A stretch of 64,000 nt of DNA from Pseudomonadota bacterium (GTDB lineage Bacteria; Pseudomonadota; Alphaproteobacteria; Rhizobiales; Rhizobiaceae). Position numbers and translations under genes: made by a program. Under the pieces are notes generated by a model. That model had not been told where the DNA came from. It did not search any database and was given only the letters and a program-made list of their open reading frames with translations. Shown here piece after piece: positions 38,152 to 48,600 of this stretch. The stretch covers positions 19,932 through 83,931 of the forward strand of contig JAEWLS010000020.1 of NCBI GenBank assembly GCA_023457435.1. Reading direction: 5' to 3'. Within the stretch, counting starts at the first letter, position 1, and the number at the start of each line of letters is the position of its first letter.

Positions 38152-39741
38152 CTACTTGGCGAGCCAGACGTTGCTGAGGTCGAGCCCGACCGAGTAGGTC
38201 GGCGGCACTTTCCAGCCGCGGACCTTCTTGTCCATCACCACCTCACGCTCGGTGGCGAATGTCGTGATGTAGTACTGAAGGTCGATGAAGCGGGCGACGA
38301 ACTCCTTGACCAGCTTCGCACGCTCGGCCGGATCAATCGCCGAGTCCTGCTTGCGGTACAGATCGACGAGGGTCTGGTCCTCGATGCCGGTGTAGTTGGC
38401 CGGATTACCTGGAACGAACTTCGCCATGACTTCGGTCGGATCGTCGCCGGACGGCGCGTTGAAGTCGATCGAGACGTCGTAGTCGCCGGAGCGCAGACGC
38501 GCGATCTGACCAGCCGTTGGCTGCGGGTCGAAGGTCACGTTGACCCCGATGCGGCGCCACTGGTCGATGAAGAACACCGCGAGCGGCTCATAGGGAACCT
38601 TGAGGTCTGACGACAGCAGCTTGAATTCGAGGTTCGGCACTCCGGCCTCGGCAAGCAGCTTCTTGGCCTCCGCGCGCTGAGCCTCGATATCATCGCTGAA
38701 ACCGAGGATCTTCTTGTACTCCTCGGCGGTCGGGGCGAGCTCGTGGCCCTCGCGGAAGATCACGTTGTTGAACTTCTGCGAGTAGTCGCCAAGCACCTTG
38801 AGGCCGGCCGCGCGATCGATCGCGAGGCTGAGCGCGCGACGGACGCGGACGTCGTCGAAAGGCTTCTTCTTGGTGTTGACGTCAAGTAGAGTCACGCTGG
38901 TCGACGGCGTCGACTGGAACACGACCTCGTCGCCGCGCACAGCCTGGATACGCTGCTTCTCCGGCGCCGAGATCAGGCGGAAGATGGCGTCGACCTGACG
39001 GCCGGAGATCGAGTTGGCAACCGACTGACCGGTGGTAAGCAGCGCCTGGAAGCCGTCGAGGTAGGGCTTGCCCTTCTCGAAGTAGTCGGCGAACTTCTCG
39101 CCGGCCCACAGCGCGCCAACCTGGTATTCCTTGAACTTGAACGGCCCGGTGCCCATCACGACCTTGGCCGGATAGTTCGCGTCCTCGGCGAGCTTCTTCT
39201 TGGAATAGAGGCAGTGCCACGGGCTGCCGAGCGTGCTCAGGAAACCGGCGGCCGGCTCCTTGAGCGTGAACACCACAGTGTCCGGTGCCGGGGCCTCGAT
39301 CGACTTCAGTTTCGAAAACTGCCCCTTACGCACCGAGGCAACGCCCTCGGGCGGATTGGAAATGCGATCGAACGTGGCCTTGACGTCCTCCGACGTCAGC
39401 TCGCTGCCGTCATGAAACTTGACGCCGGTGTTGAGCTTGACCGTGTAGGTCAGGCCGTCCGGAGAAACCGTCCATTCCTTGCCGACCGAGGGTACAATCT
39501 TCGGATAGTCGTTGGCATCGACCTTCAGCAGGGTCGAGTAGTGCGGCGCCAGGTACTGGAACTGCGTGATCGACGTGAAGGTATGGCAGTCGAATGACGG
39601 CGGCTCGCCGACCGTGGCGAAACGGATGACGCCGCCGCTGACCGGCTGGTCCTGCGCCACAGCGGCGCCGGCGTAAAGCGCCGTGCCGAGGGCAGCCGCA
39701 GCAATGCCGCGGGCGACGCGCCTGATGTCCAATGAACTCAT
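38152..39741 (-). CDS. ABC substrate-binding protein family 5 (peptide/nickel type), orphan
   Basis: SPDGLTYT..L..GVKFHDGS, GTGPF, PFDDVRVRRAL; no adjacent permeases. Confidence 0.92.
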   Translation of the reverse strand: MSSLDIRRVARGIAAAALGTALYAGAAVAQDQPVSGGVIRFATVGEPPSFDCHTFTSITQFQYLAPHYSTLLKVDANDYPKIVPSVGKEWTVSPDGLTYTVKLNTGVKFHDGSELTSEDVKATFDRISNPPEGVASVRKGQFSKLKSIEAPAPDTVVFTLKEPAAGFLSTLGSPWHCLYSKKKLAEDANYPAKVVMGTGPFKFKEYQVGALWAGEKFADYFEKGKPYLDGFQALLTTGQSVANSISGRQVDAIFRLISAPEKQRIQAVRGDEVVFQSTPSTSVTLLDVNTKKKPFDDVRVRRALSLAIDRAAGLKVLGDYSQKFNNVIFREGHELAPTAEEYKKILGFSDDIEAQRAEAKKLLAEAGVPNLEFKLLSSDLKVPYEPLAVFFIDQWRRIGVNVTFDPQPTAGQIARLRSGDYDVSIDFNAPSGDDPTEVMAKFVPGNPANYTGIEDQTLVDLYRKQDSAIDPAERAKLVKEFVARFIDLQYYITTFATEREVVMDKKVRGWKVPPTYSVGLDLSNVWLAK

Positions 39742-39801
39742 GATCTCCTCCCTGAGATGACGTCGAGCAACCGGCGGAGACGCAGGCGACGACCGAGATA
39801 A

Positions 39802-39813
39802 TTAATATGTTAA
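39802..39813. promoter_or_regulatory. Possible operator upstream of the SBP gene
   Basis: TTAATATGTTAA near-palindrome (10/12) beside a minus-strand TTGACA. Confidence 0.35.
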
Positions 39814-39854
39814 GTGGGAGGTGTGTCAATATAGCGGAGCGGTCCGCCGCAGCA

Positions 39855-40187
39855 CTAGGCAGCGTCGGCACCAAGGCGCTCGCGCCACGCGGTCACCCGG
39901 TCGCGCAGGACCCTGTCCGGGTTGAAGCCGAGCTCGTCGACGTCAACCAATTCGACCGGTTCGAGCTGGAAAGCAGCCTCGCCCTCGGCGTTCCACGCCG
40001 CCTGCAGCGCCTTGTTCATGTGGGCATCCGTACGAAGCGTGAACCAAAGTCGGTTCTTGATTGCATCGACATCGCGGGCGTGACCCACCCACGCGCCACC
40101 TGACGCGGAGCGTACCACGTACACGCCGGCCATCGCTTCGCGCTTCTTGTACGCGGCGGTCGCCGCCTTCTTGTCGATCATGCTCAT
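39855..40187 (-). CDS. Small GIY-YIG nuclease-like protein
   Basis: GVYVVR...WVG...NR..F.L...H.NK.LQ.AW...G...F pattern. Confidence 0.75.
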   Translation of the reverse strand: MSMIDKKAATAAYKKREAMAGVYVVRSASGGAWVGHARDVDAIKNRLWFTLRTDAHMNKALQAAWNAEGEAAFQLEPVELVDVDELGFNPDRVLRDRVTAWRERLGADAA

Positions 40188-40334
40188 GGCGCAACCGTAA
40201 CACGAAGACAGCTGCATCGCATCCATGTGCGCCAGGCCCCCGAGAACCTGCTGTTAATCCTGTCCTTTCACGCCGTTTTCAGCGTTGTCTGCAATGCTCC
40301 CTTCCAACGACAAAGACTGCAGGAAGGGGTCAAT

Positions 40335-40766
40335 ATGTTCGGCAAATTGCTTGCCGGCGCGACGCTCGCGCTGGCTGTATCGTTGGGAAGTATCAGCGGC
40401 GCCGCGGCTTCGGTCGTCGCCAAGGTCAACATCTCGTCGCAGACGATGACTGTGACGCAGAACGGCCAGGTCAAATATCGCTGGCGGGTCTCTACGGCGC
40501 GCGCCGGAAAGGTCACGCCTACGGGCCAGTGGACCGCGAAATGGCTGTCGAAGAATCACCGTTCAAGCCGCTACAAGGGCGCACCGATGCCCTACGCGGT
40601 GTTTTACAGCGGCAACTATGCGGTACACGGCACAAATCACGTGTCGCGCCTCGGGCGGCCGGCGTCGGCCGGGTGCGTCCGCCTCGACACGGCGAATGCC
40701 GCCAAGTTCTACGCACTGACACAGAGAGTCGGCCTGAAGAACGTCAAGATCGTCGTTCACCGCTAA
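40335..40766 (+). CDS. L,D-transpeptidase (YkuD family)
   Basis: Signal peptide; TPTG, MPYAVF, AVHGT..LGRPASAGCVRL. Confidence 0.93.
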   Translation: MFGKLLAGATLALAVSLGSISGAAASVVAKVNISSQTMTVTQNGQVKYRWRVSTARAGKVTPTGQWTAKWLSKNHRSSRYKGAPMPYAVFYSGNYAVHGTNHVSRLGRPASAGCVRLDTANAAKFYALTQRVGLKNVKIVVHR

Positions 40767-40786
40767 GCCCAGACGCGGAAATCGTG

Positions 40787-40821
40787 ATCGCCGTCGGCAA
40801 TTCCGGCGGCGATTTCTTTTT
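40787..40821 (+). terminator. Intrinsic terminator
   Basis: ATCGCCGTCGG-CAATT-CCGGCGGCGAT stem followed by TTCTTTTT. Confidence 0.7.
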
Positions 40822-40907
40822 GCCATTACAAGCCTATTGGCCTAGAGCCTGCCCTGCCGGCGGCGATGGTTCGATTCCGTCGACCTGATCGCTGTGTGGA
40901 GGCATCC

Positions 40908-43145
40908 CTGAAGAGTTTCGGCTTCGGCCTCGAGTTGTTCGGGCTAACGGTGCTGCGCTACCCGCGCACCTTCCTGATTCTGGTGCTGGCCAGCGTCGCG
41001 ATCTGCCTCGCCTCGATCCCTTATGTGCGCTTCGACGGCAATGTGCTGAACGTGCTATCGAACGACGGCGAGGCGTTTACGAGCTACAAACACGTCCAGC
41101 GCGACTTCCGCGATTTTTCGGGCGACCTGGGCGTGATCGTACGCGCCGATGACCTGTTCACGCCGGAGGGATTCGAGCGGCTGCGCAACTTCCACCTCGA
41201 CCTGACGCTGCTGGACGGTATCGACGGCGTCTATTCGCTGTTCTCATCGAGCCGCATCGACCCCGCGACGGGCGCCGTCGTGCCTGACATACCCGACGAA
41301 ATCGCTCCCGGAACCGACATCAAGGCGATGCTTGGCCAAATCGGTGCGGAGAATGCTCTCGTTTCGCAGCTCACACGGCTCGATGACAACGCCGCGCTGC
41401 TTTCCGTCGAGACCCGCTTCAACGAGATCGTCGGCGAGGAGCGTAGCGACTACTCGATCCGCACGGTCATCGACGACATACGCGCGATCGCGCCGCAAGG
41501 AATGCAGGTCGACTTCGTCGGCTATCCGCTGATGAGGGCGGACGCAGTCGACGCCCTGGTTGCCGATCAGCAGATGATGACGCTTGTCGGCATCATCGTC
41601 GTGTTCCTGGTGGCGATCGTCACTTTCCGTTCGCTAGGGCCCGCGATCGTGTGCGCGCTACCGGCGATCGCAACAATCATATGGGTCATCGGCGTTCACG
41701 GGCTGACCGGAACTCCCATCAATTACCTGTCGGCCGCGCTTCCGACGATCGCGATGGTCGTCGCCCTCGTCGACACCATCATGCTTTATTACAACTGGGT
41801 GGCGAAGCGGCAGGAAGGCCTCGACGCCCGGCAGGGCATTCGTACCGCCCTCCTGCGTGTCGGCCCGGCGAACTCCATGAACATGGTGACGAGCGCCATC
41901 TCGTTCGCGTCTTTCGCGTTCGGCGGCAACTCGTCGATGGTGACGCTGGCATTGCTCGGCATGGGCGCAGTCTTCATCGCCTTCGTGACCGTTCTCATCG
42001 TGCTGCCTTTAACGCTGCACTTCGTCGGCCATCTCCTTCCGGTTAGTCCGCAGGGCCAGGCATTTGCCTGGAGCGGACCGGTGGTGACCCGGCTGGCGAC
42101 TGCTCGGGCGAACCCCATCACGGCCGCCGCGATTGCCGCGACATTGTTCTTCGGCACGGGGCACTTCCTGGTCAACGAGCAGCATGCGGTCACCGCGCAG
42201 ATGCCCAGCAACTCCGAAGCGGCTCGCGGCGAACGTCTGGCCTCGCAGCTTTTCGGCGGCATCGCGCCGATCTACATGGTCGTCCCGGTGCCGGAAGGGA
42301 AAGCCTGGTCGGATCCGGAAGCGCTCGACGCACTCGAGAAGGCAGAGACCGCTTTCGCGGACGAGGTCGGCGAGGACAGGGTGCTGTCGCTTGCGCGGCT
42401 GCGGCGTGCCGGCCTCAGCCCCGAGCGGATGCAGGAGGCGCTGGCTAATGCGCCGGAGAGTCTATCCGGCCGCTTCGTCTCGCGGGACAGGAAATACTAC
42501 CTCATCACAGGAACGGTGCCGTACGGGATGAACCCGGGTTCGGCGCTCGAAGTGGCGGAGCACGCGGTCAACAAGCTGACCGAACAGGGTGTGACCGGTG
42601 CCGAAGTGACGGGTTATCCGATCCTGGCTTCAATCGAGATCCCGAAGCTTATCAGTTCGCTCAGGCAAAGCTTCGTCTGGGCAATCGTCATTGCTATCGC
42701 GTTCGTTGCGGTCGCATCACGCGCTCCAATCGTGGCGCTGGCGACGCTGCTGCCGAACCTTATCCCGCTGCTGTTCATCGAGTGGACGCTCTGGCTGCTC
42801 AGTGTGCCGATGGACATCGCCCATATCATCGCGCTCACCATCGCGTTCGGGATCACCGTCGACAATTCGATCCACTTCATCAACGCATTCCTTGCCGACC
42901 TGGATGCGGGGATGACCGACCGGGAAGCGATACACTCGTCACTGCACGAAGTTGCGCCGGCGATGATTTCGGCGACCGTGATGTTCATCGCCGGATCCGT
43001 GGGCACGCTCATGAGCAGCTTGCCCTCGGTGGTAAACCTTGGTTATCTAATCATTACGACATTGGTGCTGGCACTGCTGTGCAACCTCGTGGTGCTGCCC
43101 GCCATGATCTTGACACTTCGACGCTTTATGCGCCGCGCCTCCTGA
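40908..43145 (+). CDS. MMPL/RND family exporter
   Basis: Two repeats of 1TM + periplasmic domain + 5TM; VGYP/TGYP, GITVDNSIHF; start uncertain (40866 ATG, 40896 GTG or 40908 CTG). Confidence 0.85.
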   Translation: MKSFGFGLELFGLTVLRYPRTFLILVLASVAICLASIPYVRFDGNVLNVLSNDGEAFTSYKHVQRDFRDFSGDLGVIVRADDLFTPEGFERLRNFHLDLTLLDGIDGVYSLFSSSRIDPATGAVVPDIPDEIAPGTDIKAMLGQIGAENALVSQLTRLDDNAALLSVETRFNEIVGEERSDYSIRTVIDDIRAIAPQGMQVDFVGYPLMRADAVDALVADQQMMTLVGIIVVFLVAIVTFRSLGPAIVCALPAIATIIWVIGVHGLTGTPINYLSAALPTIAMVVALVDTIMLYYNWVAKRQEGLDARQGIRTALLRVGPANSMNMVTSAISFASFAFGGNSSMVTLALLGMGAVFIAFVTVLIVLPLTLHFVGHLLPVSPQGQAFAWSGPVVTRLATARANPITAAAIAATLFFGTGHFLVNEQHAVTAQMPSNSEAARGERLASQLFGGIAPIYMVVPVPEGKAWSDPEALDALEKAETAFADEVGEDRVLSLARLRRAGLSPERMQEALANAPESLSGRFVSRDRKYYLITGTVPYGMNPGSALEVAEHAVNKLTEQGVTGAEVTGYPILASIEIPKLISSLRQSFVWAIVIAIAFVAVASRAPIVALATLLPNLIPLLFIEWTLWLLSVPMDIAHIIALTIAFGITVDNSIHFINAFLADLDAGMTDREAIHSSLHEVAPAMISATVMFIAGSVGTLMSSLPSVVNLGYLIITTLVLALLCNLVVLPAMILTLRRFMRRAS

Positions 43146-43165
43146 GCCAAGGAGTTAAGCCAGAC

Positions 43166-43714
43166 ATGACCGACCTCACCCGACGCCTGCTTGCAGTTGC
43201 AGCGTTTTCGATGATCGCCGCGACCGCCAACGCGCAGGAGCCGGTGTCCGCTGCCGCCATCACAGGGAAGGATTTTCTCGCATCCTTCGCTGGCAACTGG
43301 CGCGGTAGCGGTGAAGCCAAGGTCAACCCGAAGTCCGCGCCGACGAAGGTAACCTGCAAGCTGTCAGCCGTCTTCGATGCCGGTCAGTCGCTGCTCTCCA
43401 ACAATGGCCGCTGCGGCACCACGCAGGGCAGCCAGGAAATGAGCGGCCGCGTCGCCGCCGATGGCGACGCGCTGAAGGGCGAGTTCATCGCGGGCATGGA
43501 TACTTCCAAGCTGCGCAAGCAGCGCCTTACCCTCGTCGACGGCACGCTGGTTTCGGAAGCCGAGATGGATGACGAGAACGGCGGCAAGGTAATCAAACTG
43601 CGCACGGTCCTGACACAGCCGAAGGACGGCGCGTTCGTCGTCCAGAACCAGTTCTACGACTGGGCGAAGGCCTCGTGGATCACCGGCGGCGAGATCGCCT
43701 TCAAGAAGCAGTGA
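43166..43714 (+). CDS. Exported hypothetical beta-rich protein
   Basis: Signal peptide ending ANA-Q; FAGNWRGSG; two Cys; follows MMPL after an AAGGAG RBS. Confidence 0.75.
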   Translation: MTDLTRRLLAVAAFSMIAATANAQEPVSAAAITGKDFLASFAGNWRGSGEAKVNPKSAPTKVTCKLSAVFDAGQSLLSNNGRCGTTQGSQEMSGRVAADGDALKGEFIAGMDTSKLRKQRLTLVDGTLVSEAEMDDENGGKVIKLRTVLTQPKDGAFVVQNQFYDWAKASWITGGEIAFKKQ

Positions 43715-43729
43715 TACCGGCAGGATCGC

Positions 43730-44917
43730 TCAGCGCGACCTGATCCACTCCGCCAAACGGTTCGCCGCCGTCTCGACGTGATCGAGCCGGCGGTGGAAGC
43801 ACAGCCGGAACGACCCCTCTCCGCCTTTTCCGAATGCAGTCCCCGGCGCGACGCCCACACCGGCCTTGTCGATGATGTCGAACGCCGACGTGAACGAGTC
43901 GGTCACGCCATCCACCGAGAAGTACTGGTAGAACGCGCCCTGCGGCGGCGGCGCCCAGGCGCGCCCGGTAGCGGTGAGCGTCGCCGAAACGATGTCGCGC
44001 GCCGTGCGGGCGCGCTCGACCTGCGAGCGCAGGAAATCCTCGCCCTGCTCTAGCGCCGCGACGGCACCTCGCTGCATGAACGGAGCCACTCCAGAGGTCG
44101 AGTACTGAACGAGGTTTTCTAGTACCTGCCCCAACGACGGGCTCGCCATGATCCAGCCGATACGCCAGCCGGTCATCGCCCAGTTCTTGGAGAAGGTGTT
44201 GACGAAGACCACCCGGTCTTCGGGTTCCATGACGTCGATCAGCGAAGGCGCGCGCAGAGCGTCGTAGTAGAAGCGCGCGTAGGTTTCGTCGGCGATGATC
44301 CAAACGCCACGATGGCGCGCGACCTCGAGGATCTGGCGCAGTTCGTCCGGCCCGGCGGTCCGGCCGGTCGGATTAGACGGTGAGTTCAGGAAGATCGCGC
44401 GGGTCCGCTCGGTGACGGCGCCAGCGATCGCCTCGACGTCGCAGGTCCAGCCATTCGCCCCTGCCGTCAGCGAGACTGGCACCGGCGTGGCGCCGGCGAC
44501 ACCGGTCGCGCCCGAAATGTTAGGCCAGGACGGATCCAGGTAGACGACCTCGTCTCCCTTTCCGGCTATCGCCTGCAACGCCAGCGTTATCGCGTGCATG
44601 CCGCCGCCGGTGACGAAAAACTCTTCCGGCGAGAAGGCACGTCCGTAGAGGCGGGCGTGATAGTCGGCAAGCGCCTGGCGCAGTTCCGGGATGCCGCGCT
44701 GGCGGGTGTAAAATGTCTCGCCGCCCATCAAAGCGCTGGATGCCGCGTCGGCAATGAAGGCAGGCGTCGGCAGGTCGCCCTCGCCGGCCCACAGCGGAAT
44801 GACGCCGCCCTTCTTCCAGCCGTAGTTGGCGACGGCGACGATGGCGCTCTCGGGCGCGGCGCGCGCCTCGGTGCGCAGGGCTTCGATCAGGGGCATGGCT
44901 TGAGACTGGATGTTCAT
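43730..44917 (-). CDS. PLP-dependent aminotransferase class I/II
   Basis: GEGDLPTP, NSPSNPTG, ADETY, FSKNWAMTGWRIG. Confidence 0.93.
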   Translation of the reverse strand: MNIQSQAMPLIEALRTEARAAPESAIVAVANYGWKKGGVIPLWAGEGDLPTPAFIADAASSALMGGETFYTRQRGIPELRQALADYHARLYGRAFSPEEFFVTGGGMHAITLALQAIAGKGDEVVYLDPSWPNISGATGVAGATPVPVSLTAGANGWTCDVEAIAGAVTERTRAIFLNSPSNPTGRTAGPDELRQILEVARHRGVWIIADETYARFYYDALRAPSLIDVMEPEDRVVFVNTFSKNWAMTGWRIGWIMASPSLGQVLENLVQYSTSGVAPFMQRGAVAALEQGEDFLRSQVERARTARDIVSATLTATGRAWAPPPQGAFYQYFSVDGVTDSFTSAFDIIDKAGVGVAPGTAFGKGGEGSFRLCFHRRLDHVETAANRLAEWIRSR

Positions 44918-44999
44918 GCGGTCCGTCTAAACCCGCCGTGGCCCCTAAGCAAAGGCCGCGCGTTGGTCCACGCGCGGCCTCCTGAAGAGCGCCTGTCAG

Positions 45000-45428
45000 T
45001 TACCGGCGCGCGAGCAGGTCGCGGATCTCGGTCAACAGCGCGATATCGGCAGGCGGTGCGGGCGGCGCACCTGGAACCGACTTCTTCTCGTGCTCGAGGC
45101 GGCGGCGCAGGTTGTTCACCCCCTTGACCATCAGAAAGATGATCCACGCGAGGATCAGGAAGTTGATCACCACGGTGATGAAGTTGCCGTAGGCGAACAC
45201 GGCGCCCTGCTTGCGCGCCTCCTCCAGCGACTCCGCGGTCACCGACGAGGACAGTGGCAGGAAATAGTTGGCAAAATCGAAGCCGCCGAAGATCGCGCCG
45301 ACGAGCGGCATGATCATGTCGTTCACAAGCGAAGAGACGATGAGCCCGAAGGCGCCGCCGATGATCACGCCCACGGCGAGATCCATCACGTTGCCTTTCG
45401 AGATGAATTCCTGAAATTCCTTGAGCAC
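45000..45428 (-). CDS. mscL: Large-conductance mechanosensitive channel
   Basis: [26 protein letters not shown]...[12 protein letters not shown] start at 45428. Confidence 0.97.
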   Translation of the reverse strand: MLKEFQEFISKGNVMDLAVGVIIGGAFGLIVSSLVNDMIMPLVGAIFGGFDFANYFLPLSSSVTAESLEEARKQGAVFAYGNFITVVINFLILAWIIFLMVKGVNNLRRRLEHEKKSVPGAPPAPPADIALLTEIRDLLARR

Positions 45429-45608
45429 TGGGCCCTCCATGAAAAGCGACGCGCAAGTTGCCCGCGCGGTCCACCACAACGGCAGCGAGGATAGCACAGG
45501 CGACGAACTGCATAAGGGGCTTTACACCCCTGCGAAGGGATCGGTGGACAACCGCCGCGGCCGCGTGTTTGCATCGCACGGCCGGCTAGCTGGAGGAGGG
45601 AAGCGCCC

Positions 45609-48600
45609 GTGATGGGCTTATTCGTCGTTGCCATCGCCGTCGCCTACGTGTCGCTGCTCTTCGCAGTCGCAAGCATCGGCGACAGGCGCGCGGCGCGCAT
45701 CGATCCCAGCCGTCCACGACCGTACATCTACGCGCTCAGCCTGGCGATCTACTGCACCTCGTGGACGTTCTTCGGCTCAGTCGGACTGGCCAGCGAGCGC
45801 AACTGGGAATTTCTGGCGATCTACATCGGCCCGGTACTCGTCTTCGTATTCGGATTCCCGCTGATCCGCCGGCTGATCCGCCTCACCAAGTCCGAGAAGA
45901 TCACGTCGATCGCCGATTTCCTCGCGGCACGCTATGGCAAAAGCTTCGCGGTGGCGTCCATTGCGACCATCATCGCGACCGTCGGCGTCATTCCCTACAT
46001 CGCGCTGCAGCTCAAGGCGATCTCGGACTCGGTCAGCCTGATGGTCGAGCACTACAGCGGCGGGCCCCCGGTGATCGACTTCTTCATCAGTGACATCTCG
46101 CTGATGGTGGCGCTGCTGCTCGCGCTCTTTGCGGTGCTGTTCGGGACGCGCCACGCCGACGCTACGGAGCACCAGAATGGCCTGGTGCTGGCGGTGGCGG
46201 TCGAATCCATCGTCAAGCTCGCGGCCTTCATGGCCGTCGGCCTGATCGTCACCTTCCTGGTGTTCGGCGGGCCCAGCGATCTGATGAGGCAGGTGACTGC
46301 CTCGCCCGATGTACGCCAGGCAATCGAGTACCGCACCTCGCCGGGCTCGTGGATCGTGCTCACGACGCTGTCGGGACTGGCTATCCTGTTCTTGCCGCGG
46401 CAGTTCTACGTGACGATGGTGGAGAACCGCCACGAGGACGAGGTACGGACGGCGAACTGGCTGCTGCCGCTCTATCTGATCCTGATCAACGTGTTCGTCG
46501 TACCGATCGCCTTCGCCGGTCTGGCCCTGGTCGGCGACCGGACGAGCGCCGACCTCTACGTCCTGTCGCTGCCGCTCCTGCAGGGCCGCGAAGGCCTGGC
46601 GATGCTCGCGTTCATCGGCGGTCTGTCGGCGGCGACCGCGATGGTGATCGTCGAGAGCGTCGCCCTGTCGATCATGATCTCGAATGACCTGGTGATGCCG
46701 GTCTTCCTGCGCGGATTCCTCAAGCGCAATCCGAAGCAGGACGAGGATGTGTCGACGATCATCCTCAACGTGCGCCGAGCGGCCATCTTCATCATCCTGT
46801 TCGTCGCGTTCCTCTACTATCGCGAAACGACGACCAACACCCGCCTGGCGGCGATCGGGCTGATCTCGTTCGCAGCGATCGCCCAGTTCGCCCCTGCGCT
46901 GATCGGCGGGCTGATCTGGCGAGGCGCGAACGCGCGCGGCGCAGTCCTCGGTATGATCGCCGGCGGTGTCACCTGGGCCTACACCCTCCTCATGCCGTCG
47001 CTCGCCCCGCCGGATACGGCGGTGCTGACCGACGGGCTTTTCGGCATTGCCGACCTGAGGCCGCAGGCACTGTTCGGTACGGTTGCCATCCCGCTCAATC
47101 ACGGGGTGATGTGGAGCCTCGCGCTGAACACGCTGTTCTTCGTCCTCGGCTCGTTGACGCGGCCAGCCATGCCGCTCGAACGCATCCAGGCGGCGATCTT
47201 CGTGCCGCGCGACCCGAGCCCGATGCCGGTCCTGCGCCGCTTCCGCACCGCGGTCACCGTCAATGACCTCAAGGACACGATCTCGCGCTACCTTGGTGTC
47301 GAGCGCACGGAGCGCTCTTTCCGCACATTCGAGACCAGCGAGGGCGTGACGCTTTCGCCCGGCCAGCAGGCGTCAATGCCGGTCATCCGCTTCTCCGAGC
47401 AGCTGCTCGCCAGCGCCGTCGGCTCGTCGTCGTCCCGGCTGATCCTGTCGCTCCTGTTTCAGCGCAACGACTCGACCAAGCGCGACGCCTTGCGCCTGCT
47501 GGACGACGCGTCTGAAGCGCTGCAGCACAATCGCGACCTGTTGCAGACCGCGCTCGACCAGATGGAGCAGGGCATCACGGTCTTCGACAAGGACCTGCGC
47601 CTTATCTGCTGGAATCGGCAGTATCGCAGCCTGTTCGACCTGCCGGACGAACTTGGCCAGGTCGGCGTTTCGGTCGCTGAACTCCTCCGGCATCTCGTGG
47701 AGCGGGGCGATCTGCGTCCAAGCGACGAGGACGCGATGCTCAACCGGCTGACAAGCTTCGATCGCCCCTGGCAAATCGAACTTCTTTCGCAGAAGCGCAC
47801 GGTGGAGGTACGCTCCAACCCGATGCCGGACGGCGGTGTGGTCGCGACCTATGCCGACGTGACGGCGCGTGTCGCCGCGGACCTGGCGCTGAAGCGTGTC
47901 AACGAGACGCTCGAACACCGTGTCCAGGCTCGCACCGCCGAGCTCGTGCAAGTCAACGAAGAACTGGCGCAGGCGCAGATGCTTGCCGAGGAGGCCAACC
48001 TCGGCAAGACGCGCTTCCTCGCTGCGGCAGGGCACGACATCCTGCAGCCGCTGAATGCGGCCCGGCTCTATTGCTCCTCACTACTCGAGAGCGCGCCGCC
48101 GGGCACGCTGCGCAGCGTCGCCGTCAACATCGAATCCTCGCTCGATTCGGTCGAGACTATCCTGGGCGCGGTTCTCGATATCTCGCGGCTCGACACCGGC
48201 GCGCTCAAGCCGGTCGAGACCACGTTCCTGATCAGCGATCTGCTCAGGCAGGTGGCGACCGACTTCCAGCCCATGGCGGCCGAGAAGGAGCTCGATCTTA
48301 CCATCATGCCGTCGTCGCTGGCTGTCACCACCGATCGCAACCTCTTCCGCCGGCTCGTCCAGAATCTTGTGTCGAACGCGATCAAGTACACGAGGAGCGG
48401 CCGGATCCTGATCGGCGTCCGGCGGCGAGGAGATCTGGCGGAGCTGCAGGTTCTCGACACCGGCATTGGCATAGCAGGAGACAAGCTGAACACGGTGTTC
48501 CGCGAGTTCATCCGTCTCGAGGAAGGCGCCCGGGAGGCCGCGGGATTGGGTCTCGGCCTGTCCATCGTGGACCGCATTGCGCGGGTGCTGCGCCTCGAAA

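Noticed and set aside
39855..40187. Homing endonuclease or mobile intron
   Set aside because: Short stand-alone GIY-YIG-like domain with no interrupted host gene or intron features
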